Positions 38,509 to 48,557 of a DNA stretch of 64,000 nt are shown one piece after another; the stretch's first letter is position 1; every line of letters begins with the position of its first letter. The stretch is taken from sequence record MW250786. One strand, written 5' to 3'. The notes beneath the pieces were generated by a model. That model was not told the origin of the DNA. It did not search any database and saw only the letters and a program-made list of their open reading frames with translations. This DNA is from Escherichia phage UPEC06. The translations under genes were made by a program, and so were the position numbers.

Positions 38509-38816
38509 GCTGATTCCCCTTCTTCGGTATTATCAAGATAATGATACTGGTCGATTAAGAACACATAGTTCTTTACTTCTCCGTCCATGTAAACCATAAA
38601 AGTTACATATTTCTCATCATAGAACGGATCACCAACAACATAGATCTGGCAGATAGAATCAACACGTTTGTCAAACCACTGGATTCGCCAAGGCTCCTCA
38701 AGCATAGTCCAAGGTTCTTCAATCTTGTAGACCTGGCGCTTTGCGCCAGGAACTAGTGCTGCACGAATTTCGTCAGCGATCATAACATCATCAAAACTCT
38801 CAGAAAAACCCGACAT
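38505..38816 (-). CDS. hypothetical protein
   Basis: 103-aa ORF. Confidence 0.5.
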   Translation of the reverse strand: MSGFSESFDDVMIADEIRAALVPGAKRQVYKIEEPWTMLEEPWRIQWFDKRVDSICQIYVVGDPFYDEKYVTFMVYMDGEVKNYVFLIDQYHYLDNTEEGESA

Positions 38817-39925
38817 TAAATACCTACCCGTTTTAAAGTTGAGGCTAATGTTGTCTTATCATTTTCTGTACGTTTCATATAAACGCATTGGAAAATAACA
38901 GATGCCCATTGACCAGCAGAAAACTTACGAAGATTACCCAAATGATCCGTATATTCAACACCTTCGGGGAACCAACTCTTATATTGTTCAATAATAGCCA
39001 ACCACATACTCTTCTCGTCTGCACAAGGGGAGATGACCTGGAAAGCCGATGTTTCACCAAAGCGAAGACCCTCGAAGGTTTGATATGGTTTAACGTTATC
39101 CGCTGCATCACCGAATAGCATTTGGTAACCGAAGAATTTCTTACCCCAACCTTTTACCTTACCAGACTCCATCCAGATCTCACCCATAGAATCATCGATC
39201 AACCAAAGTTCAGGATGTTTCCATGTACGCTCTGTTGAGTCACGCATTGTGTTAAACAACAAAGAAGGAACCTGAACCTGATCCTTATCGAATGATGCCA
39301 CAATATGACTAAACTTTCCAGTCTTCCGATAATTTAAATATCCTTTATATCCAAGGATCGATAAATAATCATCTGCCTCAATACCATCCACAATGATCGC
39401 ACCATACTTCTGCTGAACATATCGACGAGTCTCCCCAAGCAACAGAGGACGTAAAGTATCTTCACGGTTACCCTTATAGATCTCAGGGGTCGGGAGTGCA
39501 AGACGGAAGTTACCACCCCCACCTAAAACACCAAGCCCGTTTGCTGATCCTACGTGTTCAAGAATAGCATTGATCTTAATCTTCAATAAGTGAAGACAGT
39601 TCTCCACTGGTTCTGGAGTTTGCTTTTCAATGATCTCGAAATCATCACGTGTCCACGGAGTAAATTCTTTTCCGCGAGCAACCGCTTTTGCTTCCATATT
39701 AATGTTTTGGTCTTTTAACCATCCACCAACAACATTCTTTTGGCGACCCCAAAACTCTGTTTTATTCTTAAACTCTTTCTCTCGGCCTGTTTCTTTGTGT
39801 CGAGCGATGATCGTTCGTTTTTCTGCACCAGCCGCAGCAACATAGCAAGTTTGATCGAGATCAAGTGCAACAACCACGTTGTCTTCGACAATACCTGACC
39901 AATCTTCAATTACCGGATAACCCAT
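38816..39925 (-). CDS. 5'-3' exonuclease / flap endonuclease (FEN-like)
   Basis: VVALDLDQT N-terminal motif and IIVDGIEADDYLSILG (cf. G-x-EADD). Confidence 0.5.
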   Translation of the reverse strand: MGYPVIEDWSGIVEDNVVVALDLDQTCYVAAAGAEKRTIIARHKETGREKEFKNKTEFWGRQKNVVGGWLKDQNINMEAKAVARGKEFTPWTRDDFEIIEKQTPEPVENCLHLLKIKINAILEHVGSANGLGVLGGGGNFRLALPTPEIYKGNREDTLRPLLLGETRRYVQQKYGAIIVDGIEADDYLSILGYKGYLNYRKTGKFSHIVASFDKDQVQVPSLLFNTMRDSTERTWKHPELWLIDDSMGEIWMESGKVKGWGKKFFGYQMLFGDAADNVKPYQTFEGLRFGETSAFQVISPCADEKSMWLAIIEQYKSWFPEGVEYTDHLGNLRKFSAGQWASVIFQCVYMKRTENDKTTLASTLKRVGI

Positions 39926-39938
39926 AGACCTCTCCTTA

Positions 39939-40442
39939 TTAAAATGCTTCGCCGTAATCTTCGTCTTCTTTAACTTCTTTTACTGGTCGCTTAAATTTGA
40001 AATCTTTACCCATGTATTCATACAGGTAATCGATATTCAAAGACCATTCTTGCTTACTTCTTTGTCGCCATAATGCCGCAGCTTGCATAATGTATTCTTC
40101 GGCAGCTTTCTTGTCAACACCGTTAACTTTCATAAAGTGTTTAACTGCACGAGTCATGTTACCAGTCGCTTGAGCACGACCGATATGTTTTACTTCGTGG
40201 CAAGGAGGGCATAAAGCAATCACGCCTCGTAACACAACTTCACCATTAACAAAGTCCCAGATTTCGTGAGCTTCTACAGGATGCTTACGCCCATTCCCAC
40301 CTTTGCCCCCACAAACCTCGCAAGTGTAGTTAGCTTCTTGATAGCACTTTCGACGAACTTTGTCCCAACCAGCTTGGGTAAGGTAAGATCGGAGGTTATT
40401 GTCCCAAGCTGTGCTTGGAATTAATTCGATAGTCAATTTCAT
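39939..40442 (-). CDS. HNH/Zn-finger nuclease-like protein
   Basis: CEVCGG..HPVEAHEIW..CPPCHEVKH. Confidence 0.4.
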   Translation of the reverse strand: MKLTIELIPSTAWDNNLRSYLTQAGWDKVRRKCYQEANYTCEVCGGKGGNGRKHPVEAHEIWDFVNGEVVLRGVIALCPPCHEVKHIGRAQATGNMTRAVKHFMKVNGVDKKAAEEYIMQAAALWRQRSKQEWSLNIDYLYEYMGKDFKFKRPVKEVKEDEDYGEAF

Positions 40443-40994
40443 TTAATATGCCTCACATTTACCAATCATATTCATAGCTTCAGAAACATCGATAATCATA
40501 TCCGTTGCTTCGTCCCAAGCTTTCCCCAAAAGATTCTCTCCATACCAGAAACTTTCATCATCTACCATAGGGTGATTCTCATCCATACCGATCCCCCATA
40601 TACGATCTCTCGGGGAGGCTTCTACAAACTTCAAACCCTTTTTACGGTAACCCACCGCCAGTTCACGAAGATTACCATTGTCGCACATACGACTATACAC
40701 TAAACGAGTGACAATATTAAATTTATTTTCATCCCAAACCGCCTGATCAAAATTCTTTACCTTACGACCTAGCGTTTTAGCACCTTGCGGCGTTACGGCC
40801 TTGATGATCCTTTCCGCTGAATCTTTGTCACCGAAAAGCATAGCCTTTTCATACATCATGTAATGCTCACCAGTGTGGAAATAAATCCCCTTCATCTTCT
40901 GGTCGAAGTTTGAAAACGGAGAGATCTCCTGGTAATGATTACTAAAAACATCACGATAAGAATAAAAGAACACATGTTTATCAGTGACTCGCAT
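40443..40994 (-). CDS. NADAR (YbiA-like, DUF1768) domain protein
   Basis: FSNHYQ, GIYFHTGEHYMMYEKAMLFGD, VEASPRDRIWGIGMD; ATG at 40994 with a GGAG RBS. Confidence 0.6.
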   Translation of the reverse strand: MRVTDKHVFFYSYRDVFSNHYQEISPFSNFDQKMKGIYFHTGEHYMMYEKAMLFGDKDSAERIIKAVTPQGAKTLGRKVKNFDQAVWDENKFNIVTRLVYSRMCDNGNLRELAVGYRKKGLKFVEASPRDRIWGIGMDENHPMVDDESFWYGENLLGKAWDEATDMIIDVSEAMNMIGKCEAY

Positions 40995-41130
40995 AAAAAC
41001 TCCTATAGATCCAATGCAGATATTGAAATTAAGAATAGCACTACCGAAAGTAATCCATCCGGCGTACTGAAAAATCCAATCCAGCACGCTCTTGTGAACA
41101 GGTAGAATGCCAGTATTAAAACGATAACCC

Positions 41131-41367
41131 CTAAGAATGTTTCGATTTTTCTAACTCCCGAGCCATGATCTTAGTAATGTCAGCAAACGCCACGTAAGCA
41201 TGTTTGTAACAACCAACGTCAACCTTAAGGGATTTGATCTCTTCTTCCAGTACATTTATTGTATGGAGTGTTTGACGAATAAGATCAACATCCTTAGTTG
41301 TTATATTGGGTGAAGCTGTCATTAACTTAAGCCTTTCTTTAATCGTTTCGATATCTTGATTATACAT
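41131..41367 (-). CDS. hypothetical protein
   Basis: 78-aa ORF. Confidence 0.45.
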   Translation of the reverse strand: MYNQDIETIKERLKLMTASPNITTKDVDLIRQTLHTINVLEEEIKSLKVDVGCYKHAYVAFADITKIMARELEKSKHS

Positions 41368-41692
41368 TCACAATCTCCAGTAAAGATCCAGGAATTGAAA
41401 CAGAACAGTTTTCTGCCATTGGGAATTTAGCAATCCAATCTGAAAGGCTGCAATAGGCAGACCAATCAAAGTCTTCGTCGAAAACGACAATATTATTAAA
41501 TTCCACACCATCAAGATTAACAATCTTTTTAATAATCAGGTCTTCGATCTGACTTGCCTTAAAAAGACCACAGATTTTGGATGGCAAGTTAAGTCCCCAC
41601 CGTTCACGAAATTCAGAATCTTCAAACTTGAAGAAACCAACTGCCTTTGCCAAGTCTGCTGCACGGACCTCTAAAATAACCGATTTACTCAT
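41360..41692 (-). CDS. hypothetical protein
   Basis: 110-aa ORF. Confidence 0.5.
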   Translation of the reverse strand: MSKSVILEVRAADLAKAVGFFKFEDSEFRERWGLNLPSKICGLFKASQIEDLIIKKIVNLDGVEFNNIVVFDEDFDWSAYCSLSDWIAKFPMAENCSVSIPGSLLEIVNV

Positions 41693-41905
41693 TTAATTTC
41701 CTCCTCGATCTGTGTAGTGCTGTATAATCTCATTTAAACATTTGCCTGTCAACGAAAATTTCTTAGCTACATAGCACTCAGCAATGTGTTCTTTCAAATC
41801 TTTAGAGTCTGTGTAGCCCATTTCAACAATGAAGTGACGGATCTTCGTCTTGTCCTTATCATTTAAAGAATTGAAATAATCACTTTTAGAATCAATTATT
41901 CTCAT
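41693..41905 (-). CDS. hypothetical protein
   Basis: ATG at 41905 with an AGGAA RBS. Confidence 0.45.
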   Translation of the reverse strand: MRIIDSKSDYFNSLNDKDKTKIRHFIVEMGYTDSKDLKEHIAECYVAKKFSLTGKCLNEIIQHYTDRGGN

Positions 41906-42164
41906 TTTCAAGTTTCCTGATCTGATAGTAAAGAGAGTCAATGATCTCTTCGTTGGCCTTAATGTACATATCCCGTAAGAAAGGTTTCAACCCATCACGC
42001 AAAATATTTCCATCACAAGCATCGTTCAGGTATGGATGGCCTAGAGCCTCCCAGGCAGGTTGATTGGTATAAGTGCCCCAGCCTTGATTCATCATCTGGT
42101 TAAGGTGCTCGATTTGTTTTATCTTAAGCTGCAAAGCTTCAATAGTAATCTGTTTAATATCCAT
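41892..42164 (-). CDS. hypothetical protein
   Basis: 90-aa ORF. Confidence 0.45.
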   Translation of the reverse strand: MDIKQITIEALQLKIKQIEHLNQMMNQGWGTYTNQPAWEALGHPYLNDACDGNILRDGLKPFLRDMYIKANEEIIDSLYYQIRKLENENN

Positions 42165-42625
42165 CAGTAAAGGTCCTCAGAGTAAAGTTCTTTTTCATTA
42201 CCACCACGTTCAATACGTACTTGTCCAGCGTAAGTTGCAATAATCATTGCTTCTTCACGTGTCCAATAATTGCTATATTGGTCAATAAACCCTTGGTCAT
42301 CATCACAAACTTGTTGAGTAACTAATTGAGGTTTAACTACATCTAAAACTTCTGCCATATCTTTAGAATAATGACGAGCACCTGGAATAATAAGAGTTCG
42401 TCCATCTTTTAATTTAAAACGGTTGGCTGCGCAGACAATTCGTCGTTGATACTTTTGGTTTTCATCCCAATACAGAGTCTGCCAACAGATTTCAGGAACT
42501 TCATCTAAAACATTTTGTTCTGTATATTCACCACCGTAAGAAGCTAATTTAGCAGCCAGACTTTCCGGAGTCTCACGCGACAAAGCTTTATCTAACAGAG
42601 CTAAACGTTCTTTAAAAGTTTTCAA
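42164..42625 (-). CDS. hypothetical protein
   Basis: 153-aa ORF; TTG start with an AAAGGGG RBS. Confidence 0.5.
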   Translation of the reverse strand: MKTFKERLALLDKALSRETPESLAAKLASYGGEYTEQNVLDEVPEICWQTLYWDENQKYQRRIVCAANRFKLKDGRTLIIPGARHYSKDMAEVLDVVKPQLVTQQVCDDDQGFIDQYSNYWTREEAMIIATYAGQVRIERGGNEKELYSEDLY

Positions 42626-42629
42626 TTGA

Positions 42630-42818
42630 TCACCCCTTTGTAGTAGAATCTTGCTTGGTCATTTCACGAAGAATAAGTGCTCCAATATTTTCAAGAAGTG
42701 TTACAAGAGAGTCAACCTCAGGTAACTTAATACTCTTGGCTTCTTTACTCATCCCATCACGAACTCCCGAAATTTGCATAAACACGGCAATCATTTCTTT
42801 TGTAAGTTTAATATTCAT
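42630..42818 (-). CDS. hypothetical protein
   Basis: 62-aa ORF. Confidence 0.4.
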   Translation of the reverse strand: MNIKLTKEMIAVFMQISGVRDGMSKEAKSIKLPEVDSLVTLLENIGALILREMTKQDSTTKG

Positions 42819-42885
42819 TTTATCTCCTGTTGTTGGTTGATATGGGTATTATACAGAACTGGAGGCAGGTGTCAAGAGATATATA

Positions 42886-42912
42886 AAGAAAACCGCCCCG
42901 AAGGGCGGTTTA
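42886..42912 (-). terminator. Intrinsic terminator (aaccgccc-cgaa-gggcggtt); third copy of this hairpin
   Basis: Identical hairpin; A/T-rich flanks on both sides. Confidence 0.65.
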
Positions 42913-42919
42913 AAAATTT

Positions 42920-43162
42920 TTACCAATTTGCGTAACCATCTTGTTCATCGGTATCACGATCTATGATTCGTGGCTTTGGAGTTAGATCCATATGAGCAAG
43001 AGGCGTACCTTCTGGAATATCATTCAGTGAATATTCAACATTTACCAGTTGACCTGTAAGCTCATCCATCTTTTGGGAGATATACGCTGCAACTGATCGA
43101 CCCTCCAGAGTAGCCAGGTATTTCAGTTTTTCGTAAGTTGCGTCGTTAAAATTAATATTCAT
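42920..43162 (-). CDS. hypothetical protein
   Basis: 80-aa ORF. Confidence 0.45.
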   Translation of the reverse strand: MNINFNDATYEKLKYLATLEGRSVAAYISQKMDELTGQLVNVEYSLNDIPEGTPLAHMDLTPKPRIIDRDTDEQDGYANW

Positions 43163-43224
43163 ATTTGTATCTCCTTTTTGTATTTTTCATTACAAGGACC
43201 ACACTAACGTGGCCCGATCGTTAC

Positions 43225-43446
43225 TTAAGCTACCAGTTCTAAATCTTCAGCTTCTGCGTAGAAACCATCGACGATAACACCGTCCTGACGTGTGAATGCA
43301 ACAATAACATCTCCCCAATCTTCATCGACGAATTCAACAACGCCAATATCTCCAAATCGAACACCAGACAAACTGTAGCGGTCTTCATAATTACCTAACG
43401 GACTGAACTTAACTGTCTGACCTGGATTAACTTCTTTGATATTCAC
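43225..43446 (-). CDS. hypothetical protein
   Basis: 73-aa ORF. Confidence 0.45.
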   Translation of the reverse strand: MNIKEVNPGQTVKFSPLGNYEDRYSLSGVRFGDIGVVEFVDEDWGDVIVAFTRQDGVIVDGFYAEAEDLELVA

Positions 43447-43486
43447 AGAATTTCTCCTTATACAACTTTAAGATATTAACTTTATA

Positions 43487-43798
43487 TTATTCTTCATCAA
43501 CTTCACGACCCATCAAGATATCAAGTTCGTTCAGTTGTTCAATCTGGCTTTCAAGCGCTGCACGTTTCTTCTCTGCTGCATCTTGCTTATCGTATTCACC
43601 GTTGATCAGGGTACGTAGGAATTTAGGGTCGATGTTCAGGTCTTCTTTAGTGATCGCCAGGATGCTTTTCAGATCTTCAGCAGCATCTTTCTGACGACGA
43701 ACAGCTTCAACACCTTCCTGAACAATGTTAGCCAGACGCTTACGAACTTCCAGGTCAGAAGGCAGGGTATTGATCAGTTCGATTTTAGATTTAGCCAT
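43487..43798 (-). CDS. hypothetical protein
   Basis: 103-aa ORF. Confidence 0.5.
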   Translation of the reverse strand: MAKSKIELINTLPSDLEVRKRLANIVQEGVEAVRRQKDAAEDLKSILAITKEDLNIDPKFLRTLINGEYDKQDAAEKKRAALESQIEQLNELDILMGREVDEE

Positions 43799-43883
43799 TT
43801 GTATTTCTCCTCTTTAGTGTTTAAATAGTAAGTTAACTTCTTTGCTTCGATGGGGTAAATAATACCCCATTCAATATCTTCTG

Positions 43884-44231
43884 TCAAGCAGGATTTTTAA
43901 GTTCTTTAAAAACAACCTGGAAGACTGGAATTTCATCACTGATCTCTGACACAAGTAGAGCTACAGTTTCACAAGGTAAAGTACATGTTGCAAACGTCTC
44001 ATAGCCTGTATGGATCTTCAAGGTTAAATTACCTTTCAGTCCAATTTGGAACTGACGTACAAAAGAACTTAATGCACTAACATAAATCTCATGATATCCA
44101 TTTGGACGACGAACATATTTTTTACCACTTGCAAGACCCTGGATAACAAGACCATCAAAAGAGATTTTAGTCTGAGCACCATCATACAGTGGCAACGCAG
44201 TTTTTTCAACATCTTTTTCTTGATTCATCAT
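43884..44231 (-). CDS. hypothetical protein
   Basis: ATG at 44231 with an AAGGAGAA RBS. Confidence 0.5.
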   Translation of the reverse strand: MMNQEKDVEKTALPLYDGAQTKISFDGLVIQGLASGKKYVRRPNGYHEIYVSALSSFVRQFQIGLKGNLTLKIHTGYETFATCTLPCETVALLVSEISDEIPVFQVVFKELKNPA

Positions 44232-44237
44232 TTCTCC

Positions 44238-44414
44238 TTATCGTACAAACATTTTACCCTGGTCACAATAACCGTTTTTAATTCCTCGTGGAGCAGACAA
44301 ACATTTTACTGCAATCTCTCCACACTTGCAAGGAGCATTTTCACGTTCTGCAATCTTTCGGTTCTGATCGAAAACTTCACCACATTTTTCACATTTGTAA
44401 GAATACAACGGCAT
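44238..44414 (-). CDS. FmdB-like zinc-ribbon protein (58 aa), below the ORF-track length cutoff
   Basis: MPLYSYKCEKCG...CKCGE; ATG at 44414 with a GGAGGG RBS. Confidence 0.5.
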   Translation of the reverse strand: MPLYSYKCEKCGEVFDQNRKIAERENAPCKCGEIAVKCLSAPRGIKNGYCDQGKMFVR

Positions 44415-44417
44415 TAA

Positions 44418-45194
44418 TTACATACCCTCCAGGTTTGCTTCAAAATAAGTGATTGGCTTCATGATCTTGCCATTCTTATCTTTAAATACTACACGATCCA
44501 TACCATCACCACCTTTTACGATGCTTCCCTTTACACCTTGATAACGGTTACGGTTACGCAGTTCAATCTGTTCAGCTTCCAAACGCAACATGGCATCAAG
44601 ATCAAAATCAGCTTCTGCAAAAAAGTAATACGTCTTGTAGAAACATTCCGTAAATTCTTTCACGGTTGGGATCTTGGAATCATTTGAATCCAAAACCTCA
44701 TTTAAAGCACGACGAGCATTAAAGTTGGAGTTCTGCATGATTGCAACAACCGCCATAACGATCCCGTTTGTATTGTCACTCTCGATAAATTGATCAAGAG
44801 TTCGATAAAGCGAAGTCAGATTATACGTACCCATATTGTCAGCAGGACAGATGTTTTCAGAACCACCTTTTAGGAAGTTGTAATATGATCCAACTACAAA
44901 CAAGTCGCAAAGTGCATCTATGATTTCCTTACGATTCTTTTTAGTTAAACCAAGATCATAAAGTTCATTGTACTCTTCCATAACAAGAGTTTTTTGGAAT
45001 TTTGAAATATCTTCAGAGAAGTCATGAAAACCACGAGCAACAAAATTCCAATTTTTTACTCGCTCTGCTGCTTCCCGAAAGAAGCTATTGCCCTTAACAT
45101 CAATCATCTCGGAAATAAAGGTTTTCTGATCAGCACTCAATTCATTGTATTTCAATTTAATCTCCTTTCGTTTAACTTGGGGGCCATTATACAT
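44418..45194 (-). CDS. hypothetical protein
   Basis: 258-aa ORF. Confidence 0.55.
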   Translation of the reverse strand: MYNGPQVKRKEIKLKYNELSADQKTFISEMIDVKGNSFFREAAERVKNWNFVARGFHDFSEDISKFQKTLVMEEYNELYDLGLTKKNRKEIIDALCDLFVVGSYYNFLKGGSENICPADNMGTYNLTSLYRTLDQFIESDNTNGIVMAVVAIMQNSNFNARRALNEVLDSNDSKIPTVKEFTECFYKTYYFFAEADFDLDAMLRLEAEQIELRNRNRYQGVKGSIVKGGDGMDRVVFKDKNGKIMKPITYFEANLEGM

Positions 45195-45209
45195 GACCCC
45201 TTATCATTG

Positions 45210-45671
45210 TCAACAGTCTTTATAAGTTTCTAGTGCAACTTTACGGGCTTCATCCTTTTCAATCTCAAACTTAGATCGTTTGTCCTTTCTTGAAGCCTTG
45301 TTACGTCGCTTAACGATTCGACGACAGGTGTGGTAAAGTCGTGTACCTTCATAATCATTCATCCAGAACAGATCGCCATTCACGAAGAGAGTATCGGAGA
45401 TAATACCACAAGCCTTTTCAATGTAAGTAACCTTACCTGTGACCGTATCGACAATTGTATAGTCAACATACCAAAGACTATCGTTATCCTCGCACGGGTC
45501 TTGTTGGCCTTCAGGAACAAAAACTCCAGAATGTATCTCAAATCGAGGAGATCCTTTACGGATCAGCTTCAAGATTTTACCTGCTGGCTTACGAGTTAGC
45601 AGTACCGGAACACCTAAGACTACTGAAAGGTAAAGTGTAATCCCTACAAACCCAATAATTAAAGCTTCCAC
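45210..45671 (-). CDS. hypothetical protein with an N-terminal TM anchor
   Basis: IIGFVGITLYLSVVLGVPVLL near the N-terminus. Confidence 0.5.
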   Translation of the reverse strand: MEALIIGFVGITLYLSVVLGVPVLLTRKPAGKILKLIRKGSPRFEIHSGVFVPEGQQDPCEDNDSLWYVDYTIVDTVTGKVTYIEKACGIISDTLFVNGDLFWMNDYEGTRLYHTCRRIVKRRNKASRKDKRSKFEIEKDEARKVALETYKDC

Positions 45672-45673
45672 TA

Positions 45674-47041
45674 TTAAACCTCCTCTGCAATTTTACGAAG
45701 AAGATCCAGAAGAGAATTCGATGCCTCGATCACTTCTTCTAGACTGTTGGCTACACTCTTATCAAAACGAAGCTCAACAAACTTATAATTTAAACGTGGC
45801 AGAAATAGGGATTTCAGATCTTTATTTTCTGCGTCAGTAATGTCATTAGCTTTGATCGTAATAATCTGACCAATAAAATACTCACTTGGTTTTTTACGAA
45901 GTGCATCAGTAAGTCCAGAGCCAGCACCAACCTCAAGAAGTCCATCACGAGTACGGCAGATCAGAGATCCAATAAGCCCAGGTTTCTTTTTGTGAGGCGT
46001 TGTCGCCACAACTTCAAGATCAACATCGAACTCATTTTTAAGTTTGATCCCTTTCTTAGTTTTGTTATCTCCCCAAGGCATATTCGCTTCTTTAAGAACC
46101 GTACCCTCTTTCTTCTGCAAACGCATTTCGATAAAGTGGTCAATAGCCTCTTTAAGACTGCCAATCTGACGACCACGGATCATCTGGAAATGAGAAGACT
46201 CATCAACATAGTTGACAATATTTTCAACCTGCTTACGACGATCTTTATATTTTTTCTTGGATTTACGTGCGATATACTCGTCCATAGAAACAACATCCCA
46301 AACAACCAAACGTACCAGATTAGGATCAATGTTTTCAGGATCTTGGTTAAGATATCCGTTACCGATCTCTCGTGGTTGAACCCCGTGCGGGTATGACAGG
46401 TCAATAACTAAACCTTCCCCGTGCATAACAAAAGGACCATCAGAATTGGCTTTTTCTTTCAGGTTTTGCTCAAGTGAAGGAATACACCGGAAATTAAGCT
46501 CTTTCCCTGATCGTGAACGATAAATGATCTGCTCAGGCCAAACCATAATGTCTGCATAAAGTCCGTCCATCTTCTCGTCGGAGAAAGCACCCTCGTAGTT
46601 GAAATTACGAAGGAGATCCTCTTTGAAAAGGGTGTAGCTTTGGTAAGGAGGCTCTGTAATCAGATCCTTCCAAACCTTGTTGGTCAGGGTTGTCTGGATA
46701 CCACACTCAAGATCGCGGTTAATGATCTTCAGCAGTGTTTCTGGTTCTTCGCACAGTTGAACAGCATTCGTGAGAACATCACGGGCTTCATGCCCAGTAT
46801 ACATACGACTTGCAACATCGTTGACGATAAGATCAATACTCTCTTGCAGATTACGGCTTCCTTGGTGGAAAGTTGCAGGATCAACCTTAAAACTGCGAAC
46901 AAAAAAGTTTAACTCTTTGCTATATGCTACCCGAAATACTTCACGCAGGCCATCATTGTCCGCATGGCTACGTAAGATCGCTTCTTTTTCTTTTGTTGAT
47001 CCGGTTGCTGCAAGTTGTTCGATAATCTTAGTTACGCTCAT
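45674..47041 (-). CDS. ATP-dependent DNA ligase
   Basis: Motif I KMDG, motif III FVMHGEGLV, motif IV EGTVLK, motif V KGIKLK in the canonical order. Confidence 0.7.
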   Translation of the reverse strand: MSVTKIIEQLAATGSTKEKEAILRSHADNDGLREVFRVAYSKELNFFVRSFKVDPATFHQGSRNLQESIDLIVNDVASRMYTGHEARDVLTNAVQLCEEPETLLKIINRDLECGIQTTLTNKVWKDLITEPPYQSYTLFKEDLLRNFNYEGAFSDEKMDGLYADIMVWPEQIIYRSRSGKELNFRCIPSLEQNLKEKANSDGPFVMHGEGLVIDLSYPHGVQPREIGNGYLNQDPENIDPNLVRLVVWDVVSMDEYIARKSKKKYKDRRKQVENIVNYVDESSHFQMIRGRQIGSLKEAIDHFIEMRLQKKEGTVLKEANMPWGDNKTKKGIKLKNEFDVDLEVVATTPHKKKPGLIGSLICRTRDGLLEVGAGSGLTDALRKKPSEYFIGQIITIKANDITDAENKDLKSLFLPRLNYKFVELRFDKSVANSLEEVIEASNSLLDLLRKIAEEV

Positions 47042-47050
47042 AGTTTCTCC

Positions 47051-47386
47051 TTAGTTTGCTTTGATTTCTAATGTGTATTTTGCCAGACCAAAACCAATCT
47101 TGTCAAGATCTTCTAGGGATTTTTTAACCTCTTCAAAGACCTCTTTAGTTACATTATTTCCACTAACAATATACCGTATCTCAGGACTCCCATCCCCCAC
47201 AACTTCGAAATCATAGTCCTTAAAAAATACGATCACTCCGGCTGCACCATTCTCGTCACTACCGGATAGCATGATTCCCTCTTCATTAGCAACTTGAAAA
47301 ATTCGATCTTTGAAATCATATACCTTACCAACAACAAACTTAAGAGAGTTAAATTTAGTCTTGTAGCCTTTGAATCGGTATTTCAT
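47051..47386 (-). CDS. hypothetical protein
   Basis: 111-aa ORF. Confidence 0.5.
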   Translation of the reverse strand: MKYRFKGYKTKFNSLKFVVGKVYDFKDRIFQVANEEGIMLSGSDENGAAGVIVFFKDYDFEVVGDGSPEIRYIVSGNNVTKEVFEEVKKSLEDLDKIGFGLAKYTLEIKAN

Positions 47387-47604
47387 TTAGTCTCCTTTAG
47401 TTTTCCACAAAGAGCACCTTCAACATAGTCAGGGTTCTCTTTAAAGAACTGATCATTCTTTTTTATGATGACACCAATATTTCGACGGAGAAATGCGAAA
47501 GCTTTGATCCCACGATACCAAGCGTCAAAGCTGGACTTCTTCAGTTCTCCACCTGTATAGACATTGGTGAAATAAAACGGATGAGTCTTCTTACTTATCC
47601 TCAT
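47383..47604 (-). CDS. hypothetical protein
   Basis: 73-aa ORF. Confidence 0.45.
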   Translation of the reverse strand: MRISKKTHPFYFTNVYTGGELKKSSFDAWYRGIKAFAFLRRNIGVIIKKNDQFFKENPDYVEGALCGKLKETK

Positions 47605-47613
47605 TGTTCCCCC

Positions 47614-47967
47614 CTAAACAGAGAAAAGAACCTCTTCTTTCTCCACATGAAATTCAAAATCGTCCACAAGATTAGATTCCCAGTCCTTACTTTCATGGTA
47701 ACTACACGTCCAACGGTAAACACCAGGACCAGAATCTGAATCTGGGGGAAGACCAATATACTCCGCTTCAGGACCCTCGTCAAGCAATGCAGGGTGAATA
47801 TTTGGTGCTTTAAGGACGGTTACCCGTCCACTGTAATCGACAGCCACGATCCAAACACTACCGTTAGGAGATTCGAAAACTTCCTCTTCTGGATCTTCTT
47901 TGATAAGAGTTTTGTTTGGCTTTTTCAAGCAGGTTGCTAATCCAGAATCAATCCACTGGTTTGACAT
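47614..47967 (-). CDS. hypothetical protein
   Basis: Internal ATG at 47967 avoids overlap with the upstream gene. Confidence 0.45.
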   Translation of the reverse strand: MSNQWIDSGLATCLKKPNKTLIKEDPEEEVFESPNGSVWIVAVDYSGRVTVLKAPNIHPALLDEGPEAEYIGLPPDSDSGPGVYRWTCSYHESKDWESNLVDDFEFHVEKEEVLFSV

Positions 47968-47986
47968 TCCGTTACTAAGCCATTTT

Positions 47987-48358
47987 TCAGACAGACTTTT
48001 TCTTTTTTGTGACACGTTTCTTCTCCTTTTCCACTTTTGGTGGTGCTTTCTTTTTAGGTTTGGTCCAAGCCTTTTTAGGCTCATCTGGCTTCTCATACAG
48101 CCCAAGCACGACTCTTTCTATCGCACTCATAGGAACGATTGTCATCTTCCGTCTCTTAGCGTCAGGAAGCTGTAACTCCCAAATACCCAACCAATAAGAG
48201 AGATCATCAATGCGATCCTGTACCCAAGGGTCCGGCTTCGGAATAGTTAGTAGTCTACTCAACTCTTCATTGCATGTCAACAAACATTCTTCAAGTTTTT
48301 CAACTGGCGTATTAAAAACAAAGGCCGTCTTGTCAAAAGGCTTCTTCTCTGTCGTCAT
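47987..48358 (-). CDS. hypothetical protein with a lysine-rich C-terminal tail
   Basis: C-terminal KKKAPPKVEKEKKRVTKKKK. Confidence 0.5.
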   Translation of the reverse strand: MTTEKKPFDKTAFVFNTPVEKLEECLLTCNEELSRLLTIPKPDPWVQDRIDDLSYWLGIWELQLPDAKRRKMTIVPMSAIERVVLGLYEKPDEPKKAWTKPKKKAPPKVEKEKKRVTKKKKSV

Positions 48359-48362
48359 AGCG

Positions 48363-48557
48363 TCACTCTTCAGTATCGTAGGTGTTATTCTTGATTGCTT
48401 CCAGTAATACGTCCAAAGGTACAGTGAAAGACTCTACAGTGTCCATACCACCAACCTTATAGCCGTGAACAATCTCACCACCTTCGCGATTACACACCAG
48501 AAGAGAATATCCACCAGCAATGTTTTCACTGATCTCGATATCAACAACTTTCATCAT
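48363..48557 (-). CDS. hypothetical protein
   Basis: 64-aa ORF. Confidence 0.4.
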   Translation of the reverse strand: MMKVVDIEISENIAGGYSLLVCNREGGEIVHGYKVGGMDTVESFTVPLDVLLEAIKNNTYDTEE

